Assembly: GCA_965216465.1 (NCBI GenBank)
Contig: CBDCFW010000006.1
Coordinates: forward strand, 1,088,001 to 1,152,000
Direction of reading: 5' to 3'
Source: Bacteroidia bacterium
GTDB taxonomy: Bacteria; Bacteroidota; Bacteroidia; NS11-12g; UBA9320
Length of the DNA stretch: 64,000 bases
Shown here one piece after another: positions 8,773 through 18,626 of this stretch. Below the pieces are notes generated by a model, which was not told the DNA's origin, did no database searches, and saw only the letters and a program-made list of their open reading frames with translations. Position numbers and translations under genes: made by a program. Within the stretch, counting starts at the first letter, position 1. The number at the start of each line of letters is the position of its first letter.

Positions 8773-10830
8773 CTAACGAGCTATTTTAATTCTCATGTCT
8801 ACTGCAGTGATAGCTAAATCAGTAGCGATAAGTGGGTTAAGGTCTAATTCTACAATTTCAGGTACTATTCTCACGAGTTCTGATATGCGTAAAATCAGGT
8901 TGATAAATTCATCTTCGTTAATGCCTTTCTTACCTCGAATTCCTTGTATCAAAGGGTAAGATTTTAATCGCTTCACTAAAACATCTATTTGCGATTTGTT
9001 CAAGGGTGCTAATCCAGCACGTACATCTTTGAATACTTCTATTGCAATTCCTCCTAAACCAAAAAGAACTAAATGTCCTAGACCTTGTTCGTACTTGCTA
9101 CCAATAAATAGCTCAAGACCTTTATGCATCTTTTGAATGAGAATACCTTCGGCACCTTCTATGGCCATTAACTCATGATACGATTGTTCTAAACCTTGAG
9201 GGGTTCTGATATTGAGGTGAACTCCCTTTACTTCTGTTTTGTGCAGAGGACCAAGCACTTTTGCAACTAACGGATATCCTAGGTCTCTGCCTATAGAAAG
9301 ACTTTCTTCAAGTGTTACGGCCCTACCATGCTTAGCGATTGGGATTCCAACAGAAGCTAACAAGTCATTACACGCTTTGTCGCTAATAAATCCGTTTGGA
9401 AGTTGGTCCGCAATTAACCGAACCTCATCTTCATCAATATTTAAGTCAGGAGTAACATAATCTTCAGGAGAAGCAGTATAGAACACAGCACCTAATGAAA
9501 TACCTAATAACACCTCATCTGGGAAATTCACTTGACCCTTAGACAAGAATGAAGAAATTTCTTTGTTCGCATTAATTAATGAGGGCAAAACTGGGAAAAT
9601 TGGTTTTGAGCAGATATCCATTTTCACACGAAGCACATCATACACATTGGCCACATTAAATAGCCCAGGGCTTCCAAAAACGACAACCATGGCATCTATA
9701 TGCTTGAATTTATGTTCGCAATAATCAATAATAATACCTAACTGCTCGGCAGTGCCTGTTGCTAAGAAGTCAATAGGGTTATTAGCATATGACCCGGGGT
9801 GAAGAAAGCTGAGCAATTCATCCACTTCTGGACCTTCTATTGCAGGAACATTAAGTCCTGATTTTTGAAGAGCGTCTGATAACATAACTGCAGATCCTCC
9901 AGCGTGGGTAATGATGGCAATGTTTTTTCCTCTAAGCTTTTTACAATTGAAAATGGAAGCGACAGCTATCAGTTCATCTCGACTGCTGCAATAAACGATA
10001 CCTGCTTTTCTGAAGAGTGCTCGAACAGCCATATCCGAATTGGCAATTGCCCCTGTATGAGAAGCCGCTGCACGACTTCCAGCTTCTGTACTCCCTGCTT
10101 TAATTCCAGCAATGCGAACACCTTTTTTAATAAGAGAAGAAGCATGTTTTAGCAACTTTTCTGGATCTCTGATTGACTCAAGATAAAGCAGTTTTATCTT
10201 CGAGCTTTTGCCTTCTACATAGCTTTCATCAAGATATTGTAAGACTTCTTCAACTCCTGTTTGTGCTGAATTCCCGACTGAAAAAACGCTCGAAAATCGT
10301 AATCCATGTGGTATGCCAGCCTCCATTGTGAATAGGGCCATCGCACCAGAGCTGGAAATTAAATCACAGCCATATGCGTAAAGTTGTGGGGTAGGTGTAG
10401 TAAAAACCCCTTGATAATTTGGGTTGAGAACCCCAATGCAATTAGGCCCGATTAAACAGCCATCAACAGCATTAATCATCTCTACAATATCTTTTTCTAT
10501 TCGTTTCCCCTCCGGCCCTCCTTCGCCAAAACCAGCGGATATGATTATAAAAGCCCTTGTACCTTTGTGCTTTGTTAGCACATCCACTGATTGATGGCAG
10601 GCTTTGGGTGGAACTGCAAGAATTGCCAAATCAACATGAGGCAAATCTGAAACAGTCTCAAAACAAGTCAAATCTTGAACATTCTTGTCTTTTGGATTTA
10701 CTACATACAAATCCCCATGGAAATTGCCGTCCTTCAAATTCTTGACAATTTTTCCGCCTGGTTTGTTAAGGTGATTTGAACCCCCAATTACCACTATACT
10801 TTTAGGTGCAATTAATGCCTCATTAATCAT
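8773..10830 (-). CDS. Acetate/acyl-CoA ligase (ADP-forming), fused CoA-binding and ATP-grasp domains
   Basis: PKSIVVIGGS, IGPNCIG, AASHTGA phospho-His, NPIDF, HKTEVKGV, ELDLNPL. Confidence 0.9.
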   Translation of the reverse strand: MINEALIAPKSIVVIGGSNHLNKPGGKIVKNLKDGNFHGDLYVVNPKDKNVQDLTCFETVSDLPHVDLAILAVPPKACHQSVDVLTKHKGTRAFIIISAGFGEGGPEGKRIEKDIVEMINAVDGCLIGPNCIGVLNPNYQGVFTTPTPQLYAYGCDLISSSGAMALFTMEAGIPHGLRFSSVFSVGNSAQTGVEEVLQYLDESYVEGKSSKIKLLYLESIRDPEKLLKHASSLIKKGVRIAGIKAGSTEAGSRAAASHTGAIANSDMAVRALFRKAGIVYCSSRDELIAVASIFNCKKLRGKNIAIITHAGGSAVMLSDALQKSGLNVPAIEGPEVDELLSFLHPGSYANNPIDFLATGTAEQLGIIIDYCEHKFKHIDAMVVVFGSPGLFNVANVYDVLRVKMDICSKPIFPVLPSLINANKEISSFLSKGQVNFPDEVLLGISLGAVFYTASPEDYVTPDLNIDEDEVRLIADQLPNGFISDKACNDLLASVGIPIAKHGRAVTLEESLSIGRDLGYPLVAKVLGPLHKTEVKGVHLNIRTPQGLEQSYHELMAIEGAEGILIQKMHKGLELFIGSKYEQGLGHLVLFGLGGIAIEVFKDVRAGLAPLNKSQIDVLVKRLKSYPLIQGIRGKKGINEDEFINLILRISELVRIVPEIVELDLNPLIATDLAITAVDMRIKIAR

Positions 10831-10863
10831 GGTACAAAGCTAGATACGGTAAAAATTTACAAT

Positions 10864-10985
10864 ATGATTGGAGTCATAATTTGAGATGGTTTTTGGTATT
10901 GACTTATGTTACCTAGGTTACGTAAGTAGTTGAAAATGAACAATTTTGTATGATGGCTGTCATTTTGAGTGATGATTGAACTCAG
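10864..10985. promoter_or_regulatory. Divergent promoter with three ATGAT-N4-(G/C)TCA boxes and a 26-bp imperfect palindrome
   Basis: ATGATTGGAGTCAT (10864-10877), ATGATGGCTGTCAT (10950-10963), ATGATTGAACTCAG (10972-10985); ACTTATGTTACCTAGGTTACGTAAGT (10902-10927). Confidence 0.55.
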
Positions 10986-11028
10986 GTCGCTTTATTGCCC
11001 CATTGTTTTGATAGAACTTTGAGTTGTT

Positions 11029-11769
11029 ATGACAAGAATATATAAGATAATACTAATAGTTGCAGCTTTAACATTTATCGTAGTAAGTCAAGGCTGTAAA
11101 GACGATGATCTAGTTGAGCAAGATTCAAAGCTAACCCTAACTGTAAATCCTCAGTTGTATGGAAATTTAATCGAGTTTGATTCGGCAAAGTATCAGAATG
11201 AGTTAAATGAAAAGTTTGAGGTTTCAACGTTGAAGTACTTCCTCTCTTCAATCTATTTGCACAATCAAGATGGAGATAGTGTTTTATTAAAAGACGTACA
11301 ATATTTTGATGGAAGAGATCTAGATGGTCATCGATTTGAAGTAAACTTAAAGAACGGGAAGTACACCATGATGACCGTCTATTTTGGAATTCCAGCTTCT
11401 GAAAATATCACCAATCGATTCAATAATCCTCCTGAAAGTCAAATGGTGTGGCCTGTTGCGATGGGAGGGGGATATCACTACATGAAGTTTGAGGGAAAAT
11501 TTTTGGATACCAATCAGCTTACAAAAAACTTTCAACTGCATACCGGTCCAACCATGGGTAATGATTTCAGTGTGAGGTATGAATTTCCATTGAATTTGGA
11601 TGTTGATCACGATTCAAATATCGAGCTGCTTGTTCATTTAGATCGTTGGTTAAATAGCCCAAACGTTTTGAGCTTTGAAGTGCTTTCGATGATAATGGGA
11701 AACATGGAAATGCAAATGAAGCTAAAGGCCAATGGTACTAATGTTATTGAACTTGGATTGATTGAATAA
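11029..11769 (+). CDS. MbnP-family copper-binding lipoprotein
   Basis: Lipobox QGC, LKYFLSSIYL, MVWPVAMGGGYHYMKFEG, QLHTG; stop overlaps the start of a di-heme peroxidase. Confidence 0.75.
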   Translation: MTRIYKIILIVAALTFIVVSQGCKDDDLVEQDSKLTLTVNPQLYGNLIEFDSAKYQNELNEKFEVSTLKYFLSSIYLHNQDGDSVLLKDVQYFDGRDLDGHRFEVNLKNGKYTMMTVYFGIPASENITNRFNNPPESQMVWPVAMGGGYHYMKFEGKFLDTNQLTKNFQLHTGPTMGNDFSVRYEFPLNLDVDHDSNIELLVHLDRWLNSPNVLSFEVLSMIMGNMEMQMKLKANGTNVIELGLIE

Positions 11770-12761
11770 TGAAGAAGCTTGGTATAATAATAGCACTCCT
11801 GATTGTAGTGGGTACAATACATTCGTGTAAAGAAGATGAACAAATAGAAAAAGAATTTGGAACTCCTTTAGCGATTGAAACCCCTGAGAACTTTCCTGAT
11901 CTAGAAATCAATTCAGACAATCCGATTACGGAAGAAGGAGTGCAATTGGGACGAAAGTTATACTACGACGCACAATTGAATTCAGTTGAAGACAAGAGCT
12001 GTGCAAGTTGTCATGATCAGAATACTGGCTTTTCTACCTTTTCATCAAATGCATTGGCACATATCAATCTGGGATGGAACTCGAGCTTCCTCTGGAATGG
12101 AGCCGTTGAGGGAAGTCTGGAAGACATCATGTTGTTTGAAGTAGAAGATTTCTTTAGAGCAGATGTAGATCGCTTTAATAGCAACGAAACGTATCGAAAG
12201 GAATTTAAAGAGGCTTTCGGAATTGACGAAATTACCACAACCTATCTTGCATATGCTTTGGCCCAATTTGAACGAACAAAGATTTCGGCAAATTCAAAAT
12301 ACGATCAGTTTATGCGAGGGGAGGTCGCACTAACTCCTTCAGAACGAAGAGGATGGATATTCTTCAACACAGAAAAGGGAGACTGCTTTCATTGCCACGG
12401 TACAGAATTGTTTACCAGCAATTTACATCACAACAACGGACTTGATTCATTGCCGGAACCAGGAAGAATGGCAGTTACGAACAACCCATTAGATAAAGGG
12501 AAATTTAAAAGTCCTACGCTTCGAAATATTGCGGTTACCGCTCCTTACATGCACGATGGCCGATTTGAAACACTTGAAGAAGTAGTTCGGTTTTACAGTG
12601 AGGGAATTCAGCACTCGCCCACTATTGATCCGTTAATGAAGCAGGTTGAAGGTGGAGGAATTGGCCTAACAGAACAAGAAATTTTGGACTTAGTAGCCTT
12701 TCTTGAAACTTTAACAGATACTTCATTTTTGAACAACCCTGATTTCACGGATCCTTTTTAA
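11769..12761 (+). CDS. Di-heme cytochrome c peroxidase, MbnH/MauG family, lipoprotein
   Basis: Two heme motifs CASCH and CFHCH, LGRKLYYD, FKSPTLRNIAVTAPYMHDGRF. Confidence 0.9.
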   Translation: MKKLGIIIALLIVVGTIHSCKEDEQIEKEFGTPLAIETPENFPDLEINSDNPITEEGVQLGRKLYYDAQLNSVEDKSCASCHDQNTGFSTFSSNALAHINLGWNSSFLWNGAVEGSLEDIMLFEVEDFFRADVDRFNSNETYRKEFKEAFGIDEITTTYLAYALAQFERTKISANSKYDQFMRGEVALTPSERRGWIFFNTEKGDCFHCHGTELFTSNLHHNNGLDSLPEPGRMAVTNNPLDKGKFKSPTLRNIAVTAPYMHDGRFETLEEVVRFYSEGIQHSPTIDPLMKQVEGGGIGLTEQEILDLVAFLETLTDTSFLNNPDFTDPF

Positions 12762-12812
12762 CTGTTTATAAAATTAATTGGTTGAGCTGATGTGATTTCT
12801 ACCTTTGAACCG

Positions 12813-12947
12813 ATGAGAAATGAACCGCTGGAATCTTTAACTAATGACCAAGAAAAGGAGAGGATGCTAATCGCACATCAGCAGAAATTTGTACAGGGGT
12901 TAAAACAAAAACCTTGTACGCGATGCAGTATTCCACCACGTAAGTGA
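12813..12947 (+). CDS. Uncalled 44-aa small ORF with CxxC (MRNEPLESLTNDQEKERMLIAHQQKFVQGLKQKPCTRCSIPPRK)
   Basis: TACCTTTG promoter element (12800-12807) 5 nt before the ATG; fills the gap exactly up to the stop of the convergent gene at 12948. Confidence 0.45.
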   Translation: MRNEPLESLTNDQEKERMLIAHQQKFVQGLKQKPCTRCSIPPRK

Positions 12948-13253
12948 TTAGCTGGCAACGTAGTTCTTTGCAGACTCCGCAAATTCAGACCATCGATTTT
13001 TATATTCATAAGGTACTTGTACCCATTCTTTCATTGCACGTCCTTTTCCTGAAGGATCAAAAAGTTGCGAGCCATCAAGTTCAAGTGCACTGCTGTGAGC
13101 TTCACCATTCAACTTAAAAACCATTTCATTATTGAAGAAGCAGGTAAAAGCCTTGCCGTTGATTTTAAAACAAGGTTTACCAAACATCTGGCTGCTTACC
13201 GAATCTTGTATGGATTCTCCAACACTTTGATAAAACTTTTCGATATCGTTCAC
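12948..13253 (-). CDS. TfoX N-terminal/YjbR-like small protein
   Basis: QMFGKPCFKINGKAF, FDPSGKGRAMKEWVQVP motifs. Confidence 0.65.
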   Translation of the reverse strand: MNDIEKFYQSVGESIQDSVSSQMFGKPCFKINGKAFTCFFNNEMVFKLNGEAHSSALELDGSQLFDPSGKGRAMKEWVQVPYEYKNRWSEFAESAKNYVAS

Positions 13254-13275
13254 TGTTCAAAAATATATATTTGAG

Positions 13276-14079
13276 ATGAAGATGGAAGGTAAAACAGTGC
13301 TAATAACGGGGTGCAATTCTGGAATTGGCCTATCTACAGCAAGATTGCTTGCTGAGAAGGGTGCTCGTATAATCGGTTTAGCAAGAACGCAAGAAAAAGC
13401 ACAAAATGCTTTAGCCCCATTACCAGGAGAGCATGTGGCAGTGGTTTGCGAGCTTTCTGACTTGACAAGCATTAAGAATGCAATTTCACAAATTGATGAA
13501 GAATTAGATGTAATTATAGCCAACGCAGGAATAATGGCGGTTCAGCAATTGGAATTGATCTACGGTATAGAATCGCATTTGTTTGTTAATCACTTTGCCC
13601 ATGCGTTTCTGATAGACGGTTTGCTCGGGCAACTGAAGAGTGATGGACGTGTGTTGGTTCTCTCAAGTGGGGCACATAATAATGCTCGAAGCGGAATAGA
13701 TTTGAACGATTTAGGTTGGAAAAGGAGGTACAGTGCTTGGGCGGCATATGGTCAATCGAAATTAGCAAACATTTTGTATGTAAAAGCCTTAGCGAAGAAG
13801 CTCGGCCCTAAACAAGTAGCACATGCTATACATCCTGGAATTATTGCTACAAATTTATGGCGGCATGTTCCAGATGATAAAGATAAGTACACTATGAAAT
13901 CATCAGATGAAGGAGCAGCTACTTCGGTTATTTTAGCTTCAGAGAGGATTGGTGCGGAAAGCACCGCAAATTATTGGTCGGGAGGCAAGATTGCTATTCC
14001 CTCTCAGTTTGCATTGAACATTGAATTGCGTGATGAACTTTGGAAACTAACTCAAGAATTCATTCAAGAACATCGCTAA
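13276..14079 (+). CDS. Short-chain dehydrogenase/reductase (retinol dehydrogenase-like)
   Basis: TGCNSGIG, NAGIM, YGQSK (YxxxK), HPGIIAT. Confidence 0.9.
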   Translation: MKMEGKTVLITGCNSGIGLSTARLLAEKGARIIGLARTQEKAQNALAPLPGEHVAVVCELSDLTSIKNAISQIDEELDVIIANAGIMAVQQLELIYGIESHLFVNHFAHAFLIDGLLGQLKSDGRVLVLSSGAHNNARSGIDLNDLGWKRRYSAWAAYGQSKLANILYVKALAKKLGPKQVAHAIHPGIIATNLWRHVPDDKDKYTMKSSDEGAATSVILASERIGAESTANYWSGGKIAIPSQFALNIELRDELWKLTQEFIQEHR

Positions 14080-14273
14080 AACAGATTAAACCAATAACCG
14101 AGTAGAATAACTAGGTTGATGGCTATAAAACCTAGGATAAAATAGTAAATAAACACTCCGTGCTTTTTTAGTTTGTCTGACCATCCTAAGGCAGCGAAGA
14201 TGAGGCTTAACAAAAAGGTGAGAATTACCATACTGATAAGTCCAATTGCTGCGGCTAGATAATAGTATAACAC
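14076..14273 (-). CDS. Small two-TM hypothetical protein
   Basis: 65 aa, two hydrophobic helices, fills an intergenic gap, TATATTGC element upstream. Confidence 0.5.
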   Translation of the reverse strand: MLYYYLAAAIGLISMVILTFLLSLIFAALGWSDKLKKHGVFIYYFILGFIAINLVILLGYWFNLF

Positions 14274-14321
14274 GGTATTAGTTTAAATTTGCAATATAAA
14301 ATCATTTCCTAACTTTGGAGA

Positions 14322-14984
14322 ATGTTGGAATTGCCTTTGTATATCTACATTCTCTTCGGACTTACAGTTTTGGCGACAATTTTAGGATTTTACTGGGCAT
14401 CAAAATCGAAGACTTTTCTAATCGTTTGTTTGAGTTGGGTAATTGTCCAGTCTGTTCTTGCTTATAACGGTGCCTTTTTAGAATTGTCCGTACTTCCACC
14501 GCGATTAATTGTGATAGGGATAGTTCCAACGTTGTTGGCCATTTTACTGATGTTCCTCACCCAAAGAGGGAGGAGTTTCATAGATGGAATTGATTTAAAA
14601 AAACTCACCTACATGCATACTATTCGGATTCCTATGGAAATCGTTTTAGTGCTGCTATTCCACCAGGGATTGATTAATGAGTTGCAAACCTTTGAAGGAA
14701 CTAACTTTGATATTATTTCAGGGATTACAGCTCCATTTGTTGCCTATTTGTGGTATAGAAAGCCTGAGAAAAAGAAGTGGCTTTTGATATGGAATATTGT
14801 ATGCTTGTTGCTGTTATTGAATGTGGTAATTACTTCAGCTTTGGCTTTCCCAACTCCACTTCAGCAATTAGGGTTTGATCAACCGAATATAGCCATGGTA
14901 TACTTCCCTTTTAATTTATTGCCTGCGGTGGTTGTTCCGCTAGTGATATTTGCACATTTAATAAGTTTTAGACGATTGAGATGA
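14322..14984 (+). CDS. Conserved hypothetical multi-pass membrane protein
   Basis: About 7 TM segments, HTIRIPME, NFDIISG, FPFNLLP motifs; TAACTTTG upstream. Confidence 0.75.
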   Translation: MLELPLYIYILFGLTVLATILGFYWASKSKTFLIVCLSWVIVQSVLAYNGAFLELSVLPPRLIVIGIVPTLLAILLMFLTQRGRSFIDGIDLKKLTYMHTIRIPMEIVLVLLFHQGLINELQTFEGTNFDIISGITAPFVAYLWYRKPEKKKWLLIWNIVCLLLLLNVVITSALAFPTPLQQLGFDQPNIAMVYFPFNLLPAVVVPLVIFAHLISFRRLR

Positions 14985-15445
14985 ATTTGTACATGGCCAA
15001 TAGATTGCGAGAAGTGTTCTTGAGTGGTAAATGGATAGCCAATACTAATTATGCCGATTTGCTTGAGGATGTAGACTTGAATCAAGCAAGGCAACAAGTA
15101 GCAAATTTGAATACCATTGCTGCACTAACTTTTCATATTAATTATTATTTAGAAGGCTTGCTTAATGTTTTTAGAGGTGGAGAGTTAGCGATTAAAGATC
15201 AATACAGTTTTGATATGGCTCCACTAGAGTCGGAGGAGGACTGGCAGAAGCTAAAAGTTCGATTTTTACAGAACGCTTCGGATTTTGCAGATGAAGTAGA
15301 ACAAATGACTATTGATCAACTTAATGCACCGTTTGTAAAAGAGCAATATGGAAGTTATCTGCGAAATATTGAGGGCGTAATTGAGCACAGTTACTACCAC
15401 ATGGGTCAGGTTTCAATTATTAAAAAGATGATTCGATCGATTTAG
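14981..15445 (+). CDS. DinB/DUF1572-family protein
   Basis: NTIAALTFHINYY and IEHSYYHMGQ His-triad pattern. Confidence 0.8.
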   Translation: MNLYMANRLREVFLSGKWIANTNYADLLEDVDLNQARQQVANLNTIAALTFHINYYLEGLLNVFRGGELAIKDQYSFDMAPLESEEDWQKLKVRFLQNASDFADEVEQMTIDQLNAPFVKEQYGSYLRNIEGVIEHSYYHMGQVSIIKKMIRSI

Positions 15446-15489
15446 ACCAAAACTCTAGACTAATCGTTATAATTCTATATTTGAATTGA

Positions 15490-17103
15490 ATGCGAAAACT
15501 ATCAACTTTAATATTTATCACGCTTTGTATTTGCGTGTTTGGTCAAACAATAATAACAGGAAAGATTCATAATGTAGATACTGGAGATTTAGGATTTTAT
15601 GGTGTTGAGTTTACCTATCCCTCCTTCGAAGACAAGGGTTATGCTAAATTCACGGTTTATCCGAACAAAGAGGGAGAATTCAGTGCAGAACTTCCAGAAG
15701 GAAACCCAAATAATTTAGCATGGGTCACAACGGGTAGTGGACAAATGCACTATCTAATACTTCACGATAGTGTACATCTAAACATCAATGGAAAGAAAGC
15801 ACAGAAGTATGTGTCGATAGGGTCAGCCTATAAATTGACGGGTCCTGATGCAAAGAAATCAAATTACTATAGCGATCACATACGAAGTCCTCGTAAAACA
15901 GACTTTCATCAACAAAGAGCCGATCTTGTTTTTCGCTCCCAATTGCCATATGAAGATAAGTTGGATTCTCTGCAAAAGGTTTATGCACGTTATTTTAAAG
16001 AAAAAGAAAGTTACTTGAGAAAACATTCATCGCCATATCAACAAATGCTTATGGATGATGCGCGATGTCAATACTACCAAGATGTACTGCTGATTAGTTT
16101 TAGCAACGAACTTCCCGATAACTTACTGCAAGAAATTATCAGCTTTAAGCCGGGTCATACCAGTGTTTTTTCAGTTTCGTATTACTACTATCTTGGTATT
16201 CATTTGAATAATAGAAAAGATTGGATAAAAAATTCTATCGTACATAGTACAAAAGGAGAAACAGGAGAAGTAGAACTTATGTTGGATACGTTTATTTCTA
16301 ACTATTCGAAAAGGGGAGCAGGAATTGATTATAACAAGAAAGCATATGGTCGTGCATATAGATGGCTAAGCAGACAGTATGGCGATGTTATGTATGATTT
16401 CAACTCGAGTAACTTGGTTGATACAATTCTGTATCTTGATATTGAAGATATAGATCGTTTGTTAGTTGCAAATGTTCCAAAGGAGATAAATAGGAGGAAG
16501 ATGTGGTATGAAAAGACCTATCCTTTGCTTAATACACCATGGGGACAAGCATTTTACAACCGGTTTAAAGAAGAGGATGAGTATACAGAGAATAAGTTAG
16601 AACAAAATAAGGTTGAATTTATCCAAGAATTACCACTTGGTCAACTAGTTGGTTCTGGCGATGACATGAGACAATTTAAGGCTAATCACGATACAATAAC
16701 AGACTTTCTTGAGCAGATAAAACAAGCCTATAAAGGGCAAATTGTAATACTTGATTTATGGGCCACTTGGTGCGGGCCATGTATTGCCGACATGCGCAGT
16801 AGCAAAGAGAAAAAGAAGCTTTTAAAGGCGAATGATGTTTCTGTGGTCTATTTATGTGAGGGCAAGCACAGTGCTGAGAAATTATGGCAAGAAAAAACGA
16901 TTCATTTGAAGTTAAGTGGTGATCATGTATATATGAGTCCAAAGATTACAAATCAGTTTCTGAAGCACTTTAATTTAAATTCATATCCCAGTTATATTGT
17001 GTTAGATGCACAAGGACAATTTCACACCGATGAGGTATCTCGCATTAGCAATGTGAATGTCAAAAAACTAGTAAAAGACTTTGGTCCGAAGGAAAAAAGT
17101 TAA
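15490..17103 (+). CDS. TlpA-family thiol-disulfide oxidoreductase with long N-terminal region
   Basis: Signal peptide; C-terminal LDLWATWCGPC and SYPSYIVLD thioredoxin motifs. Confidence 0.85.
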   Translation: MRKLSTLIFITLCICVFGQTIITGKIHNVDTGDLGFYGVEFTYPSFEDKGYAKFTVYPNKEGEFSAELPEGNPNNLAWVTTGSGQMHYLILHDSVHLNINGKKAQKYVSIGSAYKLTGPDAKKSNYYSDHIRSPRKTDFHQQRADLVFRSQLPYEDKLDSLQKVYARYFKEKESYLRKHSSPYQQMLMDDARCQYYQDVLLISFSNELPDNLLQEIISFKPGHTSVFSVSYYYYLGIHLNNRKDWIKNSIVHSTKGETGEVELMLDTFISNYSKRGAGIDYNKKAYGRAYRWLSRQYGDVMYDFNSSNLVDTILYLDIEDIDRLLVANVPKEINRRKMWYEKTYPLLNTPWGQAFYNRFKEEDEYTENKLEQNKVEFIQELPLGQLVGSGDDMRQFKANHDTITDFLEQIKQAYKGQIVILDLWATWCGPCIADMRSSKEKKKLLKANDVSVVYLCEGKHSAEKLWQEKTIHLKLSGDHVYMSPKITNQFLKHFNLNSYPSYIVLDAQGQFHTDEVSRISNVNVKKLVKDFGPKEKS

Positions 17104-17111
17104 ATTTATAG

Positions 17112-17792
17112 TTGATGAAATGGACTCTATCTTTGATTTTGGCGTGCTGTGCGGCATTTTCTCAGGCTCAGCGATTTACACATTTAGATTCTAATGCGAT
17201 CTCAGTATCTCTGCTTGGAGGGCTGACGTTTCTAACTCCTAGTTTATTTGAGGATGAACCGACATACCCAGAAGATTCAATGAAAGTACGAAGCTTCAAA
17301 GTTTGCTATTATCGAAAGTTAAACAAGACTTTTGATCTTCGAGCTTCATATCAATTCTCAAACCGATATCGTTCGTGGGGCAATGGTAAAAACCTTACTG
17401 CCTACGGTCAAAATCATCGCTCTTTTCACTTAGTGCAGACTGGGATTTCTTGGCGTTGGGACAAAGACCTTCGCTTAAGCCCATTTTTTGATGTTGGCGT
17501 AGAAGGTGGGTATTATTTCTGGCTGCAAAACTATTGGGAGAGATATGATTTTAATTCTAATGGTCCAGGGTCATACCGTTCTAGATATCATGAAAATAAG
17601 GTTGAGTACTTGGTATTTGGAACAACTCTTAATGTCGGTTTACATCTACGATTGAACGAAAAATGGTATCTCTCATCATCAGCAGGTCTCCGCTATTGGG
17701 TGTTAGATCATAATTTGACTTATGATTTGCCATTAAGAAATCCGAACCTCCTTTCTCAATCCAATGCATTGATGTTAGGAGTAACATTTTAA
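17112..17792 (+). CDS. Outer-membrane beta-barrel protein
   Basis: Signal peptide, amphipathic beta strands, terminal LGVTF. Confidence 0.7.
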   Translation: MMKWTLSLILACCAAFSQAQRFTHLDSNAISVSLLGGLTFLTPSLFEDEPTYPEDSMKVRSFKVCYYRKLNKTFDLRASYQFSNRYRSWGNGKNLTAYGQNHRSFHLVQTGISWRWDKDLRLSPFFDVGVEGGYYFWLQNYWERYDFNSNGPGSYRSRYHENKVEYLVFGTTLNVGLHLRLNEKWYLSSSAGLRYWVLDHNLTYDLPLRNPNLLSQSNALMLGVTF

Positions 17793-17795
17793 GGA

Positions 17796-18377
17796 TTACT
17801 CCAAAGCTTGCTGGCCCTGAAAGTTGAGGCTATTCAGCAAGTCAATAATGTGCTCACAGTCGTTAAACAGTTTTTTAATTTTTGGTGTTTCGTCTTGCAA
17901 TTCTTGGAGCTTGATAAAAATGGTGCCGTTTCTTTTTTGTTTGATAACCAACACGTGATGGTTGTTTAGAAAATCTGTGAGTTCTTCATTTTGCGCAATA
18001 AGATTGATGTTTAAGCCTAAAGAACTTGAGACCATATATTCTTGCGAGAACAGTGCAGATTTTTCGAAGGGTACAAACCTTCTTGGGGCACTCCAAAAAC
18101 TGCGTCGTTTAATGCGTATATATGGAGATATTGTTCGTCCATGTGGGGTAAATTGAAGCAGAGTAATGGTGCTATATACGCCATTAACCGGAATGAAACC
18201 TGTTGTTGTGTTGTTGTATCGGCGAGCGGCATGAAATTGCAGTTTGCCATGATGTAGTTCTTTTTCACCATCTATTTCAACTAAAAAGGGGTTGCAGGAA
18301 GACTGATAAACCGTATGAGGTTCATTGCTCGCAAATTCTTCCCAGGCATCTTCAATATATTGATGGAGTTCTGGCAT
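17796..18377 (-). CDS. Hypothetical protein
   Basis: 193-aa ORF with TAAATTTG element upstream on the minus strand; no recognisable motif. Confidence 0.6.
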   Translation of the reverse strand: MPELHQYIEDAWEEFASNEPHTVYQSSCNPFLVEIDGEKELHHGKLQFHAARRYNNTTTGFIPVNGVYSTITLLQFTPHGRTISPYIRIKRRSFWSAPRRFVPFEKSALFSQEYMVSSSLGLNINLIAQNEELTDFLNNHHVLVIKQKRNGTIFIKLQELQDETPKIKKLFNDCEHIIDLLNSLNFQGQQALE

Positions 18378-18573
18378 AACTTTTAAGACAGCCCAATTGA
18401 GCTTTTATGCAGAAATAAGGCCGTAACGTAACTGCCCAAATTTACACATTTTCTATGGATTATGGGCCTTTGCGACGGATAATTTGACCAGTAGGAGCTA
18501 ACTTGCTCAGAGTCTTTGCAATAAATTGAACTCAGCATTCGATAACGAGGGCTGTTCTTAACTATTCACTATG

Positions 18574-18619
18574 CAAAACCTTTCTGTCCCCTCCCAGTTA
18601 AGTGGGAAGGGATGAAAGG
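18574..18619 (-). terminator. Probable intrinsic terminator after the fibre-protein gene
   Basis: Long hairpin CCTTTC.GTCCC.TCCCA/TGGGA.GGGAT.GAAAGG followed by TTTT on the minus strand, 7 nt after the stop at 18627. Confidence 0.65.
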
Positions 18620-18626
18620 AATTGGA

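Noticed and set aside
10902-10927. Palindrome containing TTATGTTA considered as a dif/Xer site
   Set aside because: It lacks the 11-6-11 XerC/XerD layout ending TTATGTTAAA; more plausibly an operator
18388-18556. Possible long structured RNA (ACAGCCC...GGGCTGT closing stem, inner AGGCC/GGCCT and GAGC/GCTC hairpins)
   Set aside because: Helices are short and interrupted, and a TAAATTTG promoter element for 17796-18377 lies inside; cannot be distinguished from chance without folding statistics
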